Below, in pieces: positions 9,963 through 19,371 of a DNA stretch of 64,000 nt. A program made the position numbers and the translations under genes. The notes below the pieces were generated by a model. It had not been told where the DNA came from and did not search any database. It saw only the letters and a list, made by a program, of their open reading frames with translations. Numbering within the stretch: the stretch's first letter is position 1; each line of letters starts with the position of its first letter. The stretch lies in contig JBMORA010000022.1 in NCBI GenBank assembly GCA_049320885.1, forward strand, positions 32,001 to 96,000. The letters are read 5' to 3'. The stretch comes from Thermodesulfobacteriota bacterium (GTDB lineage Bacteria > Desulfobacterota > Desulfobacteria > Desulfobacterales > SURF-7).

Positions 9963-10030
9963 TTGACGGACCGGGGTTACTTGATTAAAACGATACTTTA
10001 CTCCGATTAGATGAATGAGCGCTCATTCAT
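9963..10030 (+). promoter_or_regulatory. sigma-70 promoter and FadR-type operator of the Fe-S oxidoreductase-etfBA operon
   Basis: TTGACG-N17-TAAAAC (9963-9991), then perfect 20-bp palindrome ATGAATGAGCGCTCATTCAT 10011-10030. Confidence 0.85.
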
Positions 10031-10135
10031 TTACGGCCACCCACGGAGAAAAGGTTTTCAGGCCGGCGGAACCGGATATCCGGACAGCCGGTTGACCATA
10101 TTCACCCAAAACTTGATGGAAAAAGGAAACCAGAG

Positions 10136-12202
10136 ATGCAACCCGTATTGATTTCACCATCCAACTACACCCTGTTGGGCATTCCCACATGGATTTTCTC
10201 GTTGCTGATCCCGGTTGTGGGCGTCGGATTGTTCACTTATATCATGGCCAAGCGTATCGCCCCGCTGGTGAAGGCGGCTCCCGACAATCGCTTCGACCAT
10301 ATCCCGGAACGTCTGATCAATGTGGCCAAAATCTGGCTGGCCCAATGGCGGCAACCCCGCTACATGACCGCCGGGGTATTGCATATTCTGATTTTTGCCG
10401 GCTTCCTGTCCCTGGGGCTGCGGTCCTCCCAGCTGGTCATTGTCGGCCTGAAAGAGGGCTTCGTCTTTCCCGGCATGGAGGGCCTGCCGGGTCAGATCTA
10501 CAATGTGGTGAAGGATTATGCCGCCACCTGGGTGCTGCTGGCCTGTATCGTGGCCGCCGTCCGGCGCGGAGTCTTCCGGCCGGAGCGCTACGAAGTCCCG
10601 GCCAAATACGGTCACGACCATACCGCCGAGGCCGTGTTCGTGCTGGGCGTGATTTCCACCCTGATGATCTCCGAAAGTCTTTTCGAGGCCAGCCAGGTGG
10701 CGGCCCAGTTCCAGAGCAGCGGTCACGCGGAGTTTCTGGCCCCGGCCACCTTGGTCTGGGTGTTCAAAACCATGCTCCTGGACACGCCGGTTGATAGACT
10801 GCAGACCATTCACATCCTGTCCTATTATATCCATGACCTGACCTTTTTCTTTTTCCTCTGTTTTCTGCCCATGGGCAAGCATTTCCATGTCATCACGTCG
10901 CTGTTCAACGTGTTTTTCATGCGGGTCAAGACCGGCAACATCAAGCCGGTCCAATACGGGATCACCGATGAGGAACTGGACAAGGTGGAATCCTTCGGCG
11001 TGAAGAAGCTGGAAGACTTCACCTGGAAGCATCTGCTGGATTTCTATACCTGCGCCGACTGCGGGCGGTGCTCGGACAACTGTCCGGCCAACGCCGTGGG
11101 ACGGCCTTTGTCGCCGCGTTTTATCTCCATCAAGGGCCGCGATAAAATCTTCCAGAATTATCCCTTGCGGGGGCCGTTCCTGAAAAGCCAGCCGTTGATC
11201 GGTGACATCTATGAAGAGGATGAAATTTGGTCTTGCACGACCTGCGGCGCCTGCGAACAGGAATGCCCCATCGGCATCGAATACATCGATAAGATCGTCG
11301 ACATGCGGCGCGGCATGGTGGACGAGGGCATGGTGCCCCAATCCCTGCAAAAACCGCTGGGTGCCATCGGCAAGCGCGGCAATCCCTGGGGAAAGATGGA
11401 AAAGAAACGGGCGGACTGGGCTACGGAGAAGGAATTCGCCGCCCAGATCCCCGTCAAGATGGTGGATGAGGGGGACAAGGCCGATACCCTTTATTTCGTG
11501 GACAGCATCAGCTCTTTTGATGACCGGATGCAGAAGATCGCCCAGGCCACGGCCAGGGTCCTGAACGCTTCCGGAGTGGATTTCGGCATCCTGGGCAAAA
11601 GCGAAAAAGACAGCGGTCACGAAGTCAGAAGATTCGGCGAGGAAATGCTGTTCCAGGACCTCAAGGGACACAACACGGAGTTGATTCTGGAAAGCGGGGC
11701 CCAAAAAATCGTCACCGCCGATCCCCATGCCTTGAACGCTCTCCGCAATGATTATCCCGGTCTGCCGCCGGTGGAACACATCAGCCAGGTGATCGTCCGC
11801 AGTGTCCAGTCCGGAAAACTGCGGCTCCGGATGGTGGAAGACGCATCGAAAGTGTATACCTATCATGACCCCTGTTATCTCGGCCGGCACAACAAGATCT
11901 ATGAGGATCCCCGCCAGGCCCTGGATGCCATCGAGGGCCTCCGCCGGGTGGAGATGCTGCGCAGCCGGGATCGCTCCTTCTGTTGCGGCGGCGGCGGACT
12001 GATGCTGTTCTATGAGCCGGAGGAAGAAGAACGCATGGGGGTCCTGCGGGTGAAAATGGCGGCCAAGGCCGGTGCCAACGTGATTGTCACCGCCTGTCCG
12101 TTCTGTCTGGTCAACATGGAGGATGCGATCAAGGTCGCGGGACTGGAAGGCAAAATGGAAGCCATTGATTTGTCGGAGCTGGTGGCCCGACACATCATGT
12201 AA
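10136..12202 (+). CDS. membrane-bound Fe-S oxidoreductase, FadF/HdrF-like (probable ETF:menaquinone oxidoreductase)
   Basis: N-terminal TM/cytochrome b-like part (HILIF, GKHFHVI), CADCGRCSDNCP and CTTCGACEQECP ferredoxin motifs, CCG domain YHDPCYLGR/FCCGGGGG/TACPFC; upstream of etfBA. Confidence 0.88.
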   Translation: MQPVLISPSNYTLLGIPTWIFSLLIPVVGVGLFTYIMAKRIAPLVKAAPDNRFDHIPERLINVAKIWLAQWRQPRYMTAGVLHILIFAGFLSLGLRSSQLVIVGLKEGFVFPGMEGLPGQIYNVVKDYAATWVLLACIVAAVRRGVFRPERYEVPAKYGHDHTAEAVFVLGVISTLMISESLFEASQVAAQFQSSGHAEFLAPATLVWVFKTMLLDTPVDRLQTIHILSYYIHDLTFFFFLCFLPMGKHFHVITSLFNVFFMRVKTGNIKPVQYGITDEELDKVESFGVKKLEDFTWKHLLDFYTCADCGRCSDNCPANAVGRPLSPRFISIKGRDKIFQNYPLRGPFLKSQPLIGDIYEEDEIWSCTTCGACEQECPIGIEYIDKIVDMRRGMVDEGMVPQSLQKPLGAIGKRGNPWGKMEKKRADWATEKEFAAQIPVKMVDEGDKADTLYFVDSISSFDDRMQKIAQATARVLNASGVDFGILGKSEKDSGHEVRRFGEEMLFQDLKGHNTELILESGAQKIVTADPHALNALRNDYPGLPPVEHISQVIVRSVQSGKLRLRMVEDASKVYTYHDPCYLGRHNKIYEDPRQALDAIEGLRRVEMLRSRDRSFCCGGGGLMLFYEPEEEERMGVLRVKMAAKAGANVIVTACPFCLVNMEDAIKVAGLEGKMEAIDLSELVARHIM

Positions 12203-12301
12203 TCCGGGAGGAAATACGGTCAATTTTGTTCCGCAGGTTCGGGGCGGACTGCAAAGGCCTGCGAAATCGGTATCCACATAACAACAGCTGGGAGGATGAA
12301 C

Positions 12302-13093
12302 ATGGAAATTTTGGTATGTGTCAAGAGGGTTCCAGATACCTCGGAAAATGAGATCTCAGTCAGCGGCGATGGCAAGGACATCGAACGTGACGATCTGGTT
12401 TACTCGGTCAATGAATGGGACAATTATGCGGTGGAGGAGGCCATTCAGATCACGGATCGCGTCGGCGGCAATGTCACGGTTGTCACCATCGGCGACGATG
12501 ATTCCGAAGAAATCCTGAGAAGAGAAATGGCCATGGGCGCCCATAACGGGATTCTGCTCAAGGACGACGCCTTCAACGGGTCCGACGGCAAAGGGATCGC
12601 CACCATTCTGAAGGCAGCGGCGGAAAAGGGAAAATATGACCTGATTCTGACCGGCGCCCAGGCGGATGCGGGCGCCGCCCAGGTGGGCGGCATGCTGGCG
12701 GCCATGATGGACCTGCCCTATGCCTCGCTGGTGAACAAAATCGAGATCATTGACGACAAAAAGCTCAAAATCGGGCGGGAAATCGAGGGCGGCAACCAGG
12801 AAATGAACGAGATCGGCCTGCCTTGCGTGCTTTCCATCCAGACCGGCATCAACGAACCCCGCTATGTCGGTATCCGCGGCATCCGCAAGGTCGCTTCCGT
12901 GGAGATCCCCACCTACGGGGCCGGCGATCTGGGCATTGCCGCCGGCGCTGTCGGCGCCGCCGGTGCAAAAGTGAAGAAAATCGACTATTTCGTGCCGGCC
13001 CTGGGCGCGGGCGCTGAAATGCTCGAGGGCAGCAACGAAGAGATCATTGCCAAACTGATTGAACTCTTGAAGGCCAAAGGAGGACTGAAATAA
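12302..13093 (+). CDS. etfB: electron transfer flavoprotein beta subunit
   Basis: ILVCVKRVPD, NEWDNYAVEEA, AMGA, DLILTGAQA, INEPRY; ATG 12302 spaced from GGAGG. Confidence 0.95.
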   Translation: MEILVCVKRVPDTSENEISVSGDGKDIERDDLVYSVNEWDNYAVEEAIQITDRVGGNVTVVTIGDDDSEEILRREMAMGAHNGILLKDDAFNGSDGKGIATILKAAAEKGKYDLILTGAQADAGAAQVGGMLAAMMDLPYASLVNKIEIIDDKKLKIGREIEGGNQEMNEIGLPCVLSIQTGINEPRYVGIRGIRKVASVEIPTYGAGDLGIAAGAVGAAGAKVKKIDYFVPALGAGAEMLEGSNEEIIAKLIELLKAKGGLK

Positions 13094-14061
13094 TGGCTCA
13101 ACTATTCGCATACATCACGCATAAGGGATCCGTGGCCGATGATTCCGCCTTGGAACTGGTAAGCGCTGCCAAAAAGATCGACGCGGCGGCGAAGATCACC
13201 GCTGTCGTAACCGGTCAGGGAGCGGATTTGGACGCGGTCTGCCAGGCCATGACCGCTTCGTATTCAGAAGTCTGGAAAGTCGATAGCGCCGCCCTCGCCT
13301 ATCCCAACGCCGAAGCGGTGCGCAAGGCGCTGGTGAACATCCTGCCGGCGGGCAGCATCCTGCTGATTCCCCACGATACGTTCGGTATGGATCTCGGGCC
13401 GGGACTGTCCATCAAACTGAATGCCGGTTTTGTCGCGGATGTGGTCGGCATTGAAGGACTGGACGGCAATACGTTGAAGCTGGTACGGCAGGAATTCGGC
13501 GGACAGGTGAGCACCCATGTGGCTTGCGATATCGCGGGCGGCGCGGTCATCAGCCTGCGGCCGGGTTCCTTTCAGGCGGATGAAAGCAAGTCCGCCGGCG
13601 GGCAGGTGGTGGACAAGTCCGGCAGCGCGGGCGATCTCACCGTGGGCCGGAAATTCCTGGAAGTGGTGGCCGCCGAAGTGGGGGATGTGGACATCACCAA
13701 ATCCGAGGTGCTCGTTTCCATCGGCCGCGGTATCGAGGATGTGGAGAACATTGCCATCGCCCAGGAATTGGCCGAGGCCATGGGCGCGGTGGTTTCCTGC
13801 TCCCGTCCCATCGTGGACGCCAAGTGGATGGAAAAATCACGCCAGGTGGGTACTTCCGGTCAGACCGTCAAGCCGAAAGTCTATATGGCCATGGGTATCA
13901 GCGGCTCCTTCCAGCATCTGGGCGGTATCAAGGGCAATCCTTTTATCGTGGCGGTCAATAAAAACCCCAAGGCGCCCATTTTTCAGGTCGCGGACGTGGG
14001 TATCGTCGCCAATATCCTGGAATTCATGCCTGAATTGACGGAGAAGATCAAGGAAATGTAA
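13093..14061 (+). CDS. etfA: electron transfer flavoprotein alpha subunit
   Basis: VSIGRGI, SCSRPIVD, QVGTSGQTVKP, GISGSFQH, VNKNPKAPIF. Confidence 0.95.
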   Translation: MAQLFAYITHKGSVADDSALELVSAAKKIDAAAKITAVVTGQGADLDAVCQAMTASYSEVWKVDSAALAYPNAEAVRKALVNILPAGSILLIPHDTFGMDLGPGLSIKLNAGFVADVVGIEGLDGNTLKLVRQEFGGQVSTHVACDIAGGAVISLRPGSFQADESKSAGGQVVDKSGSAGDLTVGRKFLEVVAAEVGDVDITKSEVLVSIGRGIEDVENIAIAQELAEAMGAVVSCSRPIVDAKWMEKSRQVGTSGQTVKPKVYMAMGISGSFQHLGGIKGNPFIVAVNKNPKAPIFQVADVGIVANILEFMPELTEKIKEM

Positions 14062-14096
14062 TCCGCTGCGCAGCGGAACATTGCCGGTTTTGCATG

Positions 14097-14128
14097 GGCG
14101 GCTCCCATGGGCGGGGGCCGCCTTTTTT
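14097..14128 (+). terminator. intrinsic terminator between convergent operons
   Basis: GGCGGCTCC...GGGGCCGCC hairpin plus TTTTTT. Confidence 0.7.
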
Positions 14129-14606
14129 ATAGGGTCGCGAGATCGCCGGTGAGGATGCAGGCGAAGGTATCCTCACCCGCCGCGAATTTACAGACGGCTG
14201 ATTCTTGCGGATACTCCAGCGGAGTTTCCGATGTCTCCGGCAGGCCGAGCTCGAAGGATTGATCCTCGGGCAGCAGAAAGCTCAGCAGGCGTCCGGAAAT
14301 GGTGTTGACCAACTCGGCAATGGCGTCCAGTTCCACGGTTTCCGTCAATTCCGCATTGTCCGTCCAGCCGTAAAGATTTTTCGTGATTTCAACTGCCAGG
14401 GTGGCTGGAATGATCATCAGCATGGAGCCCTTGAGCGGACTGATCACGGGAATGCTGCACCAGTAGGATCGCGGCGGCACGGCTGCGGAGGATTTCGATA
14501 AGTCCCCGGGCGGCTGGTTCCACAGTACGACCTGGGTGAAAATCATGGTTTCGAACGTTTCCGAAACCGCCTGGAGCAGTTTTGGACAGACCGAAGCGGT
14601 GGTCAT
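14127..14606 (-). CDS. cheX: CheX-like phosphatase
   Basis: AVSETFETM, DAIAELVNTISG (ExxN motif), FELGLP; last gene of che cluster. Confidence 0.75.
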   Translation of the reverse strand: MTTASVCPKLLQAVSETFETMIFTQVVLWNQPPGDLSKSSAAVPPRSYWCSIPVISPLKGSMLMIIPATLAVEITKNLYGWTDNAELTETVELDAIAELVNTISGRLLSFLLPEDQSFELGLPETSETPLEYPQESAVCKFAAGEDTFACILTGDLATL

Positions 14607-14992
14607 GGTCGTTCCTCCCTCTGGTGCCCCAGCATCCCAAGGGCTTCTGAAATGCTTGCGGGGGATACGGGTTTATTCAGCACGGCGGCGGCATGCAGGG
14701 CGGTAAGTTCCGCGACTTTCTTGGGGTTGGCCGCGCTGGTGATGATCAGCACCGGTATTTCATGGAGCCGGGGAGAGGACTTGATGCGTTTCAGCAGTTC
14801 CTCTCCGTTCATTTCCGGCATATTCAGATCCGAAACCACCAGGTCCACCGGCTTTTCTTTCAATAGTTGCAGGGCCACGCGGCCGTTTTCGGCCTCCAGG
14901 AATTCACAAGCCTGGCAACCCGAAATTTCCAGACACCGCCGGATAAACATCCGGGCCATTCCAGAGTCGTCGGCGATCAGAATGCATTTCAT
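14603..14992 (-). CDS. cheY: CheY-like single-domain response regulator
   Basis: ILIADDS, VSDLNMPEMNG, IITS, NKP. Confidence 0.88.
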   Translation of the reverse strand: MKCILIADDSGMARMFIRRCLEISGCQACEFLEAENGRVALQLLKEKPVDLVVSDLNMPEMNGEELLKRIKSSPRLHEIPVLIITSAANPKKVAELTALHAAAVLNKPVSPASISEALGMLGHQREERP

Positions 14993-15864
14993 GGCTCACC
15001 GTCCTTTCCAGCGCCGAATAATGCCGTCCGGGTTTTGTCGAACTCGATCATCACGGTCATCATGAGGTTGTCCATTCCGGAGGTGGTGATGGCGATGTAT
15101 TTCGTATAATTCTGGTCCAGGGTATATCCCAGGGTGTCGGTTCCGGTCCCGGTTCCGCCCATCATGGCCACCATGTCCGCCAGATGGATCACATACACCA
15201 GGGGGCGATGGGCCTCTTCCGCTTCCGCGGGTTTGTGATGATGGCGGATGGCGGCCTGGAGGTTGGCCGGTAGTTTCCAGTGTTTGGCCAGCTCCGCGCC
15301 GATGATGCAATGATTGGCCCCCACCATGGCCTCCTCGGCTTCCAGGTAGTCCCTGACTTCCTCCTTTTCCAATTTTTTGAGCATTTCCGCTGGCAGCCCG
15401 GTGAGGAATTTGGAAAGAACCGATTTGCCGATGTCGTGCAGAATCCCCGCCGTATACGCCACCCCGGCCAGAATTTTTTCATGGGCATAACCGGACAATT
15501 CGTTGGCGGCGATGGCGGTCCTGAGACCGTGGGCCCAGAGTTCGCCTTTTTGACTCTCGTATCCGAGCAGGGGGCGGTTGAATACCTGCGGGGAAGCGAG
15601 GTTCATGGCCAGCGCAACCACCGATTTTTCACCGACATAGGGCAGGGCGTGGGCAACGCTTGAAATCTCCTGGCGGAGGCCGAAAGCCGCGGAATTCACC
15701 AATTCGAGGATTTTCGCGGTCAGGGCTGAATCCGTTACGACGATCTTGGCCACATCCTGGATGCTGTGGTCCGGATCGGCGATGATTTCAAGGAGCCGCA
15801 TGGAACTGGAGGACAACAGCGGCATCTGATGAGCCTTTTGAATTATTTCATTCAGTTTGGACAT
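14989..15864 (-). CDS. HDOD-domain protein
   Basis: DSALTAKILELVNSAAFG, LWAH, AGILHDIGK, HCIIGAELAKHWKLP, IRHHH. Confidence 0.9.
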   Translation of the reverse strand: MSKLNEIIQKAHQMPLLSSSSMRLLEIIADPDHSIQDVAKIVVTDSALTAKILELVNSAAFGLRQEISSVAHALPYVGEKSVVALAMNLASPQVFNRPLLGYESQKGELWAHGLRTAIAANELSGYAHEKILAGVAYTAGILHDIGKSVLSKFLTGLPAEMLKKLEKEEVRDYLEAEEAMVGANHCIIGAELAKHWKLPANLQAAIRHHHKPAEAEEAHRPLVYVIHLADMVAMMGGTGTGTDTLGYTLDQNYTKYIAITTSGMDNLMMTVMIEFDKTRTALFGAGKDGEP

Positions 15865-15949
15865 AATGGGTACCTCTGTCTGGCCGGGTTACGGTTGGTC
15901 GCGCCGACAAACGTCGCTATACACGGCGGTTTCCGCATGGTCATGGGCA

Positions 15950-16321
15950 TTATATTCGTTCCAGGCATTTCAGGATATGCTCTTCAAATTTTTTCTTATC
16001 AATGGGTTTGGGCTGGAAAAAAGTGGCCCCGGTTTTCAGGAACTCGGATATTTCCTTGACGCCCACAAAAGCCGACATGATGATGACGGGCATTTCATGA
16101 TAGTGGCGATCATTGCGAACCGCCTGGATCAGTTGCTTGCCGTCCATTTCCGGCATCATGATATCCGTGATCAACAGGCTGAAATCACCGTTGGCCTGCA
16201 AGGTTTCCAGCGCATGACGGCCGTTGGGGCTGATGAAGGGAATCAGACCCATCTTGGATACGATGGCGTTGACCAGTTTTTGGGTGATGGGATCGTCTTC
16301 CGCGATCAGAATTTTTTTCAT
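15950..16321 (-). CDS. single-domain response regulator
   Basis: ILIAEDD, ITDIMMPEMDG, IMSA, PKP. Confidence 0.9.
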   Translation of the reverse strand: MKKILIAEDDPITQKLVNAIVSKMGLIPFISPNGRHALETLQANGDFSLLITDIMMPEMDGKQLIQAVRNDRHYHEMPVIIMSAFVGVKEISEFLKTGATFFQPKPIDKKKFEEHILKCLERI

Positions 16322-16343
16322 GTGTCATTCTCCCGGTCCATGA

Positions 16344-16370
16344 GTATCGGTACCATATATAGAGGCTTGC
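16344..16370 (-). promoter_or_regulatory. putative internal sigma-28 promoter
   Basis: Minus strand GCAA-N15-ACCGATAC versus consensus TAAA-N15-GCCGATAA, 22 nt before the response regulator ATG. Confidence 0.4.
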
Positions 16371-16373
16371 ATT

Positions 16374-16862
16374 TCAGAGTTCCCAGTCTTTCCTGCCTGG
16401 GGATGAGATCACGATTCTGCCGGTATCCACAAAAACCGCCACCGTTCGGCTGATCTGGCCGCCCGTGTCTTCCGCGATGGGTCCCATACCCCGTTGCCAG
16501 AGGGTCTTTTTAATCGCCAGAACATTGCGGTCGCCGATATTGAACAGGTTGTTGGGATCCATGACCTTGGCTCCGCCGGTCAGCTTGACGAGATAGCCTT
16601 TCCCGGCGGCATTGCCGCTGATTTTTCCCATCAGATTGATCAGGGCCGGGATCCCGGTATCGGCAAAGTACCCTGGTCTTTCCTTGGAACGTTCGGGATT
16701 GGTTTTGGATTCCGGCAGGGCCACATGCACCATCCCCACGGTCCGCGTGGGCGGATGCAATAAAACCACGGAAACACAGGAGCCGAGCGCCATGGTTTTC
16801 ACGACATCGCCCGCAGTGTTGCTTGCGCCAAATTCACCGACACCGATCATGATTGTTTTCAT
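16374..16862 (-). CDS. cheD: chemoreceptor glutamine deamidase CheD (catalytic Cys/His intact)
   Basis: TMALGSCVSV, GMVHVALP, FADTGI, KLTGGA, IGDRN, EDTGG. Confidence 0.93.
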   Translation of the reverse strand: MKTIMIGVGEFGASNTAGDVVKTMALGSCVSVVLLHPPTRTVGMVHVALPESKTNPERSKERPGYFADTGIPALINLMGKISGNAAGKGYLVKLTGGAKVMDPNNLFNIGDRNVLAIKKTLWQRGMGPIAEDTGGQISRTVAVFVDTGRIVISSPGRKDWEL

Positions 16863-16867
16863 ATGGA

Positions 16868-17917
16868 TTATCCTGCGAGCAATTCCAGAACCGTTGAAGC
16901 AATATCACCCAGAGGGACCAGTTTTTCAGCGCCGCCGCGCTTGTGAGCCTCCATGGGCATACCGAAAACGACACAGGTGGCCTCATCCTGGGCCAGGGTT
17001 CTTGCGCCGGCCTTGCGCATGGCCAGCATCCCATCGGCCCCGTCATGCCCCATTCCGGTGAGCATGACCCCGATGGCGTTGGCGCCGACATATTCCGCCG
17101 CCGATTGCATCAGCACCTCCACGGAAGGGCAGTGGCCGCAAACGGGCGGGCCGGGCTTGATCACCGTTTCGTAAATTCCGCCGGAACGCCGGATACTCAT
17201 CTGCAGCGCTCCTGGAGCGATCAAGACCCTTCCCGGCATGATCCGATCCCCATTTTCCGCCTCCTTTACATCCATCTGGCAGAGACTGTTCATTCGTTCC
17301 GAAAACATCCGCGTAAAACCGGGCGGCATGTGCTGGACAATGACCACCCCCGGTGTCGCCACCGGAAACTGGGTGATGACCTCGCGGATGGCCTCGGTGC
17401 CGCCGGTCGAGGCGCCGATGACGATGATCTTGTCCGTGGATTTTTCCAGCGCCTTGCTGGCGGACAAGACCTGTTTCCCGGCTGGAAAGCGTTTCCGCTT
17501 CCAATGGGAGACATTGGCCGTGGAGGCGATTTTCACCTTGGTGCGCAGTTCCATGAGCATGGCGTTCAAACCGCGCGCCACGTCGGCCGACGGTTTGGTC
17601 ACGAAATCCACGGCGCCCGCGTCCAGGGCGTCCAGGGTGATCCGGGCGCCTTTTTCGGTGAGGGCGCTGACCATGACGACCGGCAGCGGATACTGCGGCA
17701 TGAGCTTGCGCAGAAATTCGACCCCGTCCATGCGCGGCATTTCCACATCCAGGGTGAGCACATCCGGTTTAAGGGTCACGATTTTATCCCGGGCGATATA
17801 GGGATCGGAAGCGGTCCCCACCACCTCGATTCCGGGGTCCATGGCCAGACCTTTTGACAGAATATCGCGGACCAGGGCGGAGTCATCCACAACCAGGACA
17901 CGGATGGTTTTTGACAT
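16868..17917 (-). CDS. cheB: chemotaxis methylesterase CheB (REC plus esterase)
   Basis: VDDS, LDVEMP, IGASTGG, VQHMP, PSV, LTGMGHDGA, VFGMP. Confidence 0.97.
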   Translation of the reverse strand: MSKTIRVLVVDDSALVRDILSKGLAMDPGIEVVGTASDPYIARDKIVTLKPDVLTLDVEMPRMDGVEFLRKLMPQYPLPVVMVSALTEKGARITLDALDAGAVDFVTKPSADVARGLNAMLMELRTKVKIASTANVSHWKRKRFPAGKQVLSASKALEKSTDKIIVIGASTGGTEAIREVITQFPVATPGVVIVQHMPPGFTRMFSERMNSLCQMDVKEAENGDRIMPGRVLIAPGALQMSIRRSGGIYETVIKPGPPVCGHCPSVEVLMQSAAEYVGANAIGVMLTGMGHDGADGMLAMRKAGARTLAQDEATCVVFGMPMEAHKRGGAEKLVPLGDIASTVLELLAG

Positions 17918-18810
17918 CAGGCGCCTCCTCCTTTACGGTAAATCGCAGGCCGGATATAGGCATAGGGACAGGCATCGTTGCGCAGGGTTTCGGAGTGTCC
18001 GATAAACAGATATCCTCCCGGAGCCGTCATCTCGAAAAACCGGTTGACCAGCGCGTTGCGGGTGGGTTGGTCGAAATAAATCATGACATTGCGGCAGGAA
18101 ATGAGATGAAACGGCTTCCGGAAGGGAAACTGCTCCTTCATCAGATTCAAGCGCCGGAAGGTGATCTCTTTTTTCAGTATTTCGCTGACCTGAAATGTCC
18201 CGTCGCCCGCGTCGCGGAAGTATTTTTGCTTCAAGGACGGCGGCACCATTTTCAGCCGTTCTTCCGGATAGACGCCTGCCTTGGCGGCGCTGAGGGCCGC
18301 GGCGGAGATATCCGTGGCCAATATTCCGGCGTTCCAGTTTTTGTAATCCAGGCCGAAATGTTCCAGCATCGTGATCATGAAGGTGTAGGGTTCGTCGCCG
18401 AAGGAGCAGCCCGCGCACCAGACGCGCAGGTCGTTGGAGCGTTCTTTTTTGAGCCGGGCGGTGGTTTCCGGCAGAATGACGGTCCGGAAAAAATCGAAAT
18501 GGTCCTGTTCGCGGAAAAAGAAGGTATGGTTGGTGGAGATGCGGTTGATGAGCTCCCCCAGGGCCTGGCCGCTGGCATCGGTGCGGACGTAATGGAAATA
18601 CTGATCGAAGGTGGCGAACTGTTTCTGGCGCAGGAATTTTTGCAGTCTTCCCACCACCAGGGAGCGTTTCTGCTCCGTCAGATTGATGCCGAAATTTTCG
18701 TACACCAGATGGCGGATGGCATGGAATTCGGTGTCGCTGATCTGGACGCTGCCGAAGGCCGCCGATGCCGGGGGGAAACAGGGGTCTGTCCGGTTTGTCG
18801 CTGCCGTCAT
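17917..18810 (-). CDS. cheR: chemotaxis methyltransferase CheR
   Basis: STNHTFFFRE, VWCAGCSFGDEPY, ILATDIS, CRNVMIYFD, IGHSE; start ATG 18810. Confidence 0.95.
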   Translation of the reverse strand: MTAATNRTDPCFPPASAAFGSVQISDTEFHAIRHLVYENFGINLTEQKRSLVVGRLQKFLRQKQFATFDQYFHYVRTDASGQALGELINRISTNHTFFFREQDHFDFFRTVILPETTARLKKERSNDLRVWCAGCSFGDEPYTFMITMLEHFGLDYKNWNAGILATDISAAALSAAKAGVYPEERLKMVPPSLKQKYFRDAGDGTFQVSEILKKEITFRRLNLMKEQFPFRKPFHLISCRNVMIYFDQPTRNALVNRFFEMTAPGGYLFIGHSETLRNDACPYAYIRPAIYRKGGGA

Positions 18811-18823
18811 GATATCGTTTTCT

Positions 18824-19342
18824 CTATCCGTGGTTTCCGAAATGATCCAACGCCGGGTACCAGTCCGAAGCCCGGACCGCCTCCACCTTGGCCAGCATGA
18901 TTTCACCCGTGCCCGTGTGAAAAACGATCTTCCGGGCGCGTTCGCCGCCCACATCCCGGCTGGTGATGCCGATATTCATTTTTGCCAGAATCTCCAGGCC
19001 GACACGGACATTCTCCTCGCTGACGCCGGGTGCGTAGCCGGCGGCTTGCCGGTTGACCGCGCCGCCGTAGAAATGGGTTTCCAGATCCGGGATCTCGGAG
19101 CCGGTTTCGAGAAACATGCTGGTCAGCGCCGCCAGGGCCGGGGCCGCGAAAACGGCGGTGGAAAGACCTCTCTCCCGAACCGGGCGGATATAATGTCCCA
19201 TGCCGCCGAGGTTTCTGCGCCTGTCATACATGGTCACGACGATGCCGGAAGCCGCCACGGAACGTAGTTGCGTCGGTTCCGCGGGGACATAGACATATCC
19301 GGGTTTGACGAAATGGTCTTGCAGCAGGACGTCGCGGCTCAT
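18824..19342 (-). CDS. cheD: CheD-like protein lacking the catalytic Cys
   Basis: FVKPG, GGMGHY, FYGGA, ENVRVG, DVGGERARKIVF; LGSC replaced by AASG. Confidence 0.8.
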   Translation of the reverse strand: MSRDVLLQDHFVKPGYVYVPAEPTQLRSVAASGIVVTMYDRRRNLGGMGHYIRPVRERGLSTAVFAAPALAALTSMFLETGSEIPDLETHFYGGAVNRQAAGYAPGVSEENVRVGLEILAKMNIGITSRDVGGERARKIVFHTGTGEIMLAKVEAVRASDWYPALDHFGNHG

Positions 19343-19371
19343 ATTCCAGGAGAAATCCTTTTCGTTATCGA

